Shown here: positions 59,416 to 64,000 of the stretch, in pieces
Numbering within the stretch: the stretch's first letter is position 1
How the letters are laid out: each line of letters starts with the position of its first letter
Origin: Actinomycetes bacterium
Lineage (GTDB): Bacteria > Actinomycetota > Actinomycetes > Actinomycetales > Cellulomonadaceae
Assembly (NCBI GenBank): GCA_023438885.1
Contig: JAEXPS010000008.1
Coordinates: 35-64,034, forward strand
DNA: 64,000 bases
Reading direction: 5' to 3'
Notes under the pieces: generated by a model
What the model saw: only the letters and a program-made list of their open reading frames with translations
Told to the model about the DNA's origin: nothing
Database searches by the model: none
Made by a program: the position numbers and the translations under genes

Positions 59416-60329
59416 TCATCGACCTGCCCGACACGACCACCCGGGACATCAACCGGCGCCTGGTCGAGGAGCGCGACGAGGGCGGCGCGGTGGCGCTCGG
59501 CCGCGTGCTGACGCTCGTCATCGCCGCCGGCGACCACGACCCGGAGGAGGCGATCGACGCGGCGAACGCGGCGAGCCGCGAGCACCCCTGCCGCATCATC
59601 GTGCTGTCCACCATCGACCGGCGCGGTGACGCGCACCTCGCGGCCCAGATCCGCCTCGGCGGGGACGCCGGCGCCAGCGAGGTGATCGTGCTGTGGCCCG
59701 CCGGCGAGATGCGCGAGCACCTCGACACGCTGGTCACGCCCTTGCTGCTGCCCGACGCACCGATCGTCGTGTGGTGGCCGAACGAGGTGCCGGACAACCC
59801 GTCGCAGGATCAGGTGGGCCGCATGGGACGGCGCCGCATCACCGACTCCACGCAGTGCCGCACCCCGCAGAAGACGCTGCGCAAGCTCGCCACCACGTAC
59901 ACCGACGGCGACACCGACCTGGCGTGGACCCGCGCCACCCTGTGGCGCGGACTGATCGCCGCGACCCTCGACCAGCCGCCGTACGAGCCCGTGCTGCGCG
60001 CCGTGGTGCGCGGCGAGGCGACGCACCCGTCGATGGATCTCATGGCCGCCTGGCTCGCATGGGCCCTCAAGTGCCCGGTGGAGATCGACCGCGTCGCGGA
60101 TGCCCCGGCGATCACCGAGGTGCGCCTCGAGCGGGCCTCGGGCCCCATCGTCCTCGATCGGCCCGATGGCAAGACGGCCGAGCTGCACCAGCCCGGCCTG
60201 CCGTCGCACCGCATCGCCCTGCCGATCCGTCAGCTCAAGGAGTGCCTGGTGGAGGAGCTGCGCCGGCTCGACCCCGACGAGGTCTACGGCGAGGTGCTGA
60301 CCAAGGGGCTGGCGACGGTGCCGGCATGA
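59412..60329 (+). CDS. opcA: G6PDH assembly protein OpcA
   Basis: GRVLTL, EHPCR, PLLLPDAP.V.WW, DL.W.R.T.WR; position after zwf. Confidence 0.93.
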   Translation: MIIDLPDTTTRDINRRLVEERDEGGAVALGRVLTLVIAAGDHDPEEAIDAANAASREHPCRIIVLSTIDRRGDAHLAAQIRLGGDAGASEVIVLWPAGEMREHLDTLVTPLLLPDAPIVVWWPNEVPDNPSQDQVGRMGRRRITDSTQCRTPQKTLRKLATTYTDGDTDLAWTRATLWRGLIAATLDQPPYEPVLRAVVRGEATHPSMDLMAAWLAWALKCPVEIDRVADAPAITEVRLERASGPIVLDRPDGKTAELHQPGLPSHRIALPIRQLKECLVEELRRLDPDEVYGEVLTKGLATVPA

Positions 60330-61093
60330 GCGCGCCCGAGGTCGTCGTCCACCCCGACGCGGACGCGTTGGCCCAGGCCACCGCCGCACGGCTCCTGGTG
60401 CGTCTGCTCGACCTCCAGTCGCACCGCGCGCCGCTGCACGTGGTGCTGACGGGTGGCACCGTCGGCATCGCCGTGCTGCGCGCCGTCGCGGGCCACCCGG
60501 TGCGGGAGGCGATCGACTGGAGCGGCGTGCACGTGTGGTGGGGCGACGAGCGGTTCGTCCCCGCCGGCTCCCCCGACCGCAACGAGCGTCAGGCGCGCGA
60601 GGCACTCCTCGACGCCCTGCCGATCCCTCCGGAGAACGTCCACGCCGTCCCTGCGGCCGGTCAGGTGCCCGACGAGGCGGCGGCGGCCGCCGCATACGCC
60701 GCGGACCTCGCCTCCTTCGCCGACGCGCCCAACCCGGCGCTCGACGCCGAGGTGCCCGCCGTCCCGGCGTTCGACGTGCTGCTGCTGGGCGTCGGTCCGG
60801 ACGGCCACGTCGCGTCCCTGTTCCCGGGGCACGCGACCCTCGCGGAGACCGCCGCAACCGTCGTGGCCGAGGCCGACTCCCCCAAGCCGCCGCCCCGCCG
60901 GGTCTCGCTGACATTCCCCGCGATCCGGGCGGCCCGGGAGGTGTGGCTGGTCGCCGCTGGCGAGGCGAAGGCCGACGCGGTCGCCGCGGCGCTGGGCGGT
61001 GCGGACGTCACGCAGACACCGGCAGCCGGCGCCTACGGCACGGAGCGAACCCTCTGGCTCATCGACGTCGCCGCCGCGACCAGCCTGCCGTGA
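60326..61093 (+). CDS. pgl: 6-phosphogluconolactonase
   Basis: LTGG, WGDER, G.GPDGHVASLFP, SPKPP..R. Confidence 0.95.
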   Translation: MSAPEVVVHPDADALAQATAARLLVRLLDLQSHRAPLHVVLTGGTVGIAVLRAVAGHPVREAIDWSGVHVWWGDERFVPAGSPDRNERQAREALLDALPIPPENVHAVPAAGQVPDEAAAAAAYAADLASFADAPNPALDAEVPAVPAFDVLLLGVGPDGHVASLFPGHATLAETAATVVAEADSPKPPPRRVSLTFPAIRAAREVWLVAAGEAKADAVAAALGGADVTQTPAAGAYGTERTLWLIDVAAATSLP

Positions 61094-61796
61094 CCGCTCC
61101 CACGGCGAGCAGCACGACGAGGCCGCCGACGAGCAACCCCACGGGCCGCTCACGTGTCGACTGGATCGCCGGTTCCAGGCGGAACGCGTCACGGTAGGCG
61201 GCCCGGAACTCCGCCACCGAGATGCTGGTCTGCGGCGCGTCGCCGACAGGTGGTGCCACCCGGTGGAACCGGCCGCCGGCATCGACGCGGAAGATCCCCA
61301 GCGGATCGGCGCCGACGAACATCTCCTCCGGCCCGGACGACGACACGGCAGCGAGCATCAGCGGTCCGAAGCTGGTCCCCACGGTGGCGAGGGCCCCTTC
61401 GGCCGTCATGCTGGCAATCGCGACGGGCTCGCCGTCGACCAGCACGGGAGCCAGCCAACGGGGCGCGACGGCGAGATCGCCAAGGCCGAGCGCCGCCGTC
61501 GTCTGCCAGGCCGCGCCCCTGGTCGCCTGCCAGTCCAGGGCGGCGAACAACCGTGGGGATCCGAACGCGAGCCGCGCACTGCCGATCAGCTCTGCCTCGA
61601 GAGTGGCGACGCTCCGGTAGGCGTCGCCGCCAGGTCGCAGCGAGTCCCGCACCGCGGCCGGAAGGGCCAGGCTCAGCGCCCGGTCGCCGTCCGCAGAGAC
61701 GTCGACGGCACGAGCCGGGCCGGCAGCCGCCATCGACACGATGGCGGCTGTGACGATCGCGAGCGCCCTCGCGACGCCGGTGCGCATGGGACGCAC
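61059..61796 (-). CDS. Hypothetical exported protein with a C-terminal membrane anchor
   Basis: Signal peptide ending ARA; C-terminal hydrophobic helix and RRRRR tail; start may be 61787. Confidence 0.6.
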   Translation of the reverse strand: MRPMRTGVARALAIVTAAIVSMAAAGPARAVDVSADGDRALSLALPAAVRDSLRPGGDAYRSVATLEAELIGSARLAFGSPRLFAALDWQATRGAAWQTTAALGLGDLAVAPRWLAPVLVDGEPVAIASMTAEGALATVGTSFGPLMLAAVSSSGPEEMFVGADPLGIFRVDAGGRFHRVAPPVGDAPQTSISVAEFRAAYRDAFRLEPAIQSTRERPVGLLVGGLVVLLAVGAVTAGWSRRRRR

Positions 61797-61854
61797 GCAC
61801 CCGTGGATGCCCGTTCAGGCACCAGAGGCCGAGGTCCCGGGGGGTCGAGCCGGC

Positions 61855-62202
61855 TCAGCGGCCGCGGCGGGCGCGCAGCGCGGCAAGCGCCTCGTCGAGG
61901 ATGGCGGCACCATCCTCGTCGGACCGCCGCTCCTTCACGTACGCCAGGTGCGTCTTGTACGGCTCGTTGCGCACGGGCGCCGGCGGGTTCTCCTTGTCCT
62001 GCCCTGCCGGGAAGCCGCAGCGCGGGCAGTCCCACGTCATGGGAGCCTCGTCAACCGCTTCCTCGGCGAAGCTGGGCCGCGTCTCGTGCCCGTTGGCGCA
62101 CCAGTAGGAGATCCAGATGCGGGGTGCGGCCTCGCCGCGTTCCGCCTCGCCCATCGGGCCCGCGCCGACGCGGGACCCCCGGATCGCGCTTCCGCTGGCC
62201 AT
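61855..62202 (-). CDS. rbpA: RNA polymerase-binding protein RbpA family
   Basis: Y.C.NGH, W.C..CG, KTH...KERRS; secG-linked paralog type. Confidence 0.85.
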   Translation of the reverse strand: MASGSAIRGSRVGAGPMGEAERGEAAPRIWISYWCANGHETRPSFAEEAVDEAPMTWDCPRCGFPAGQDKENPPAPVRNEPYKTHLAYVKERRSDEDGAAILDEALAALRARRGR

Positions 62203-62203
62203 G

Positions 62204-62446
62204 TCAGCTCGCGGTCTCGATCAGCCCGAGCCCGGTGATCACCAGGACCCAGACGAGCGACACCGTGATGGTGATCCGGTTGAGGTTCCGCTCGGCGACT
62301 CCGGACGAGCCCACGCTCGAGGTGATGCCGCCACCGAACATGTCCGAGAGGCCGCCACCCTTGCCCTTGTGCAGCAGGACGAGCGGGATGAGCAGGAGGC
62401 TGGTGATCACCAGCAGCACCTGCAAGGTGATGCGGAGCGCGGTCAC
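62204..62446 (-). CDS. secG: Preprotein translocase subunit SecG
   Basis: LLHKGKGGGLSDMFGGG, ERNL.R.T. Confidence 0.95.
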   Translation of the reverse strand: MTALRITLQVLLVITSLLLIPLVLLHKGKGGGLSDMFGGGITSSVGSSGVAERNLNRITITVSLVWVLVITGLGLIETAS

Positions 62447-62576
62447 GGTTGCGGTCGTTCCTCACTGGGTGTCGTGGGCATGCCCGACAAGGGTAAGCGA
62501 CGAAGTGCCAAGTCGGCACCGACCTGAGGCCTGCTCCCCGGGCCGGCCCGGCGCGCCCGGCCCGGGGAGAGCCGTC

Positions 62577-63365
62577 TCAGAGGGCGACGTGCTCCTTGTA
62601 GCGCACGATCTTCGCGAACTCCTCGGGGTCCAGGCTCGCGCCGCCGACGAGCGCACCGTCGACGTCCGGCTTGGCCATGATCGCGGCGACGTTCGACGAC
62701 TTCACCGAGCCGCCGTAGAGCACGCGCACGGCGTCGGCGGTGGCGACGTCGTAGAGCTGGTCCACCCGATTGCGGATCGCCTCGCTCATCTCCTGGGCGT
62801 CCTCGGGGGTCGCCGTCTCGCCGGTGCCGATCGCCCAGACCGGCTCGTACGCGATGACGACCTGCTGCACCTGCTCGGCCGACAGCCCGGCGAGGGCGCC
62901 GTCGAGCTGGGCCAGCGTGTGCGCCACGTGCCCGCCGGCCTTGCGGACCTCGAGCACCTCGCCGATGCACAGGATCGGGGTCAGGCCGGCCGCCAGCGCG
63001 GACTTGACCTTCGCACCGACCAGCGCGTCGTCCTCGGCGTGGTACTGGCGCCGCTCGGAGTGCCCGACGACCGCGTAGGTGCAGCCCAGCTTCGTCAGGA
63101 ACAGCGGCGAGATCTCGCCGGTGTACGCGCCGGACGTGTGCGTCGACACGTCCTGCGCGCCGTAGACGATGCCGAGCTTGTCGGCGTCCACCAGCGTCTG
63201 CACGCTGCGCAGGTCGGTGAACGGCGGGATGACCGCAACCTCCACGGACGCGTAGTCGTGCTTGGCGTCCTGGAGCAGCCACGCGAGCTTCTGGACCGTG
63301 TGGACCGCCTCGTGGTGGTCCAGGTTCATCTTCCAGTTGCCCGCCATCAGCGGGGTGCGTGCCAT
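62577..63365 (-). CDS. tpiA: Triosephosphate isomerase
   Basis: [36 protein letters not shown]. Confidence 0.98.
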   Translation of the reverse strand: MARTPLMAGNWKMNLDHHEAVHTVQKLAWLLQDAKHDYASVEVAVIPPFTDLRSVQTLVDADKLGIVYGAQDVSTHTSGAYTGEISPLFLTKLGCTYAVVGHSERRQYHAEDDALVGAKVKSALAAGLTPILCIGEVLEVRKAGGHVAHTLAQLDGALAGLSAEQVQQVVIAYEPVWAIGTGETATPEDAQEMSEAIRNRVDQLYDVATADAVRVLYGGSVKSSNVAAIMAKPDVDGALVGGASLDPEEFAKIVRYKEHVAL

Positions 63366-63370
63366 GTCGC

Positions 63371-64000
63371 TCAGCCCTCCAGGACCGCGATGCCGGGAAG
63401 GCTCTTGCCCTCGAGGAACTCCAGGCTCGCGCCGCCGCCGGTCGAGATGTGGCCGAAGTCGGCCTCGTCGAACCCGAGGATGCGGATCGCCGCCGCCGAG
63501 TCGCCGCCGCCGACGATGGTGAAGCCGCCGGCCTTGCCGGCGTCCACGAGCGCCTGCGCCACGGCGCGGGTGCCGGCCGAGAACGCGTCGAACTCGAACA
63601 CGCCCGCCGGGCCGTTCCACACGATGGTCTTGGCGTCGACGATCTTGGAGGCGAAGAGCTCGGCGCTCTCCGGGCCGATGTCCAGGCCCATCTGGTCGTC
63701 GGGGATCGCGTCGATGCTCACCACCGTCGCCGGCGCGTCGGCCGCGAAGGTCGGCGCCACGACGGCGTCGACGGGCAGCACGATCTCGACGCCCTTCTCG
63801 GCCGCCGTCGCCAGGTACCCCTTGACAGTGTCGAGCTGGTCAACCTCGAGCAGGCTCTTGCCGACCGAGTGCCCCTGCGCGGCGATGAACGTGAAGGCCA
63901 TGCCGCCGCCGATCACGAGCCGGTCGGCCTTGGTCAGCAGGTTGGAGATCACACCGAGCTTGTCGGAGACCTTGGCGCCGCCGAGCACCACGACGTACGG
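63371..64000 (-). CDS. pgk: Phosphoglycerate kinase (3' part; 5' end lies outside the window)
   Basis: [38 protein letters not shown]. Confidence 0.97.
   Translation of the reverse strand, partial: PYVVVLGGAKVSDKLGVISNLLTKADRLVIGGGMAFTFIAAQGHSVGKSLLEVDQLDTVKGYLATAAEKGVEIVLPVDAVVAPTFAADAPATVVSIDAIPDDQMGLDIGPESAELFASKIVDAKTIVWNGPAGVFEFDAFSAGTRAVAQALVDAGKAGGFTIVGGGDSAAAIRILGFDEADFGHISTGGGASLEFLEGKSLPGIAVLEG

Overview
High-GC actinobacterial chromosome segment, most consistent with Micrococcales (Cellulomonadaceae/Actinotalea-like; this is inferred from the single ssgB, a class F sortase and the gene order). The right third (45.0-64 kb) is core housekeeping: der-plsC-cmk-tyrA-rluB-scpB-scpA-parA-xerD-ctaB, tkt-tal-zwf-opcA-pgl, an RbpA-family gene, secG, tpiA and partial pgk. 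The left end has a class F sortase with a divergent repeat-rich surface protein, tRNA-Val(CAC), ssgB, a chorismate-binding enzyme, an SDR and a tRNA-Gly/Cys/Val cluster. About 37.5 kb of mostly accessory genes lie between the converging tRNA-Val(GAC) and tRNA-Pro(GGG). These include a 1538-aa secreted four-copper multicopper oxidase (MofA/OmpB-like, with six N-terminal beta-repeats and three FN3 domains) next to an OmpR/HK pair, an atypical crtB-like/crtI pair, usp-fluC-fluC, nadE, a polar amino acid ABC transporter, an AlkZ-like glycosylase, a large S8 protease, an ltrA-TM0106 nuclease operon, panD, a YjhP-like methyltransferase and a peptidase/APC/double-ThrE module with a coupled upstream mini-ORF. 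No integrase, transposase, CRISPR array or rRNA was seen. Product calls come from recognising motifs by eye; no database search was run. Start codons were re-picked from the ORF track using RBS, leaderless -10 and overlap evidence.
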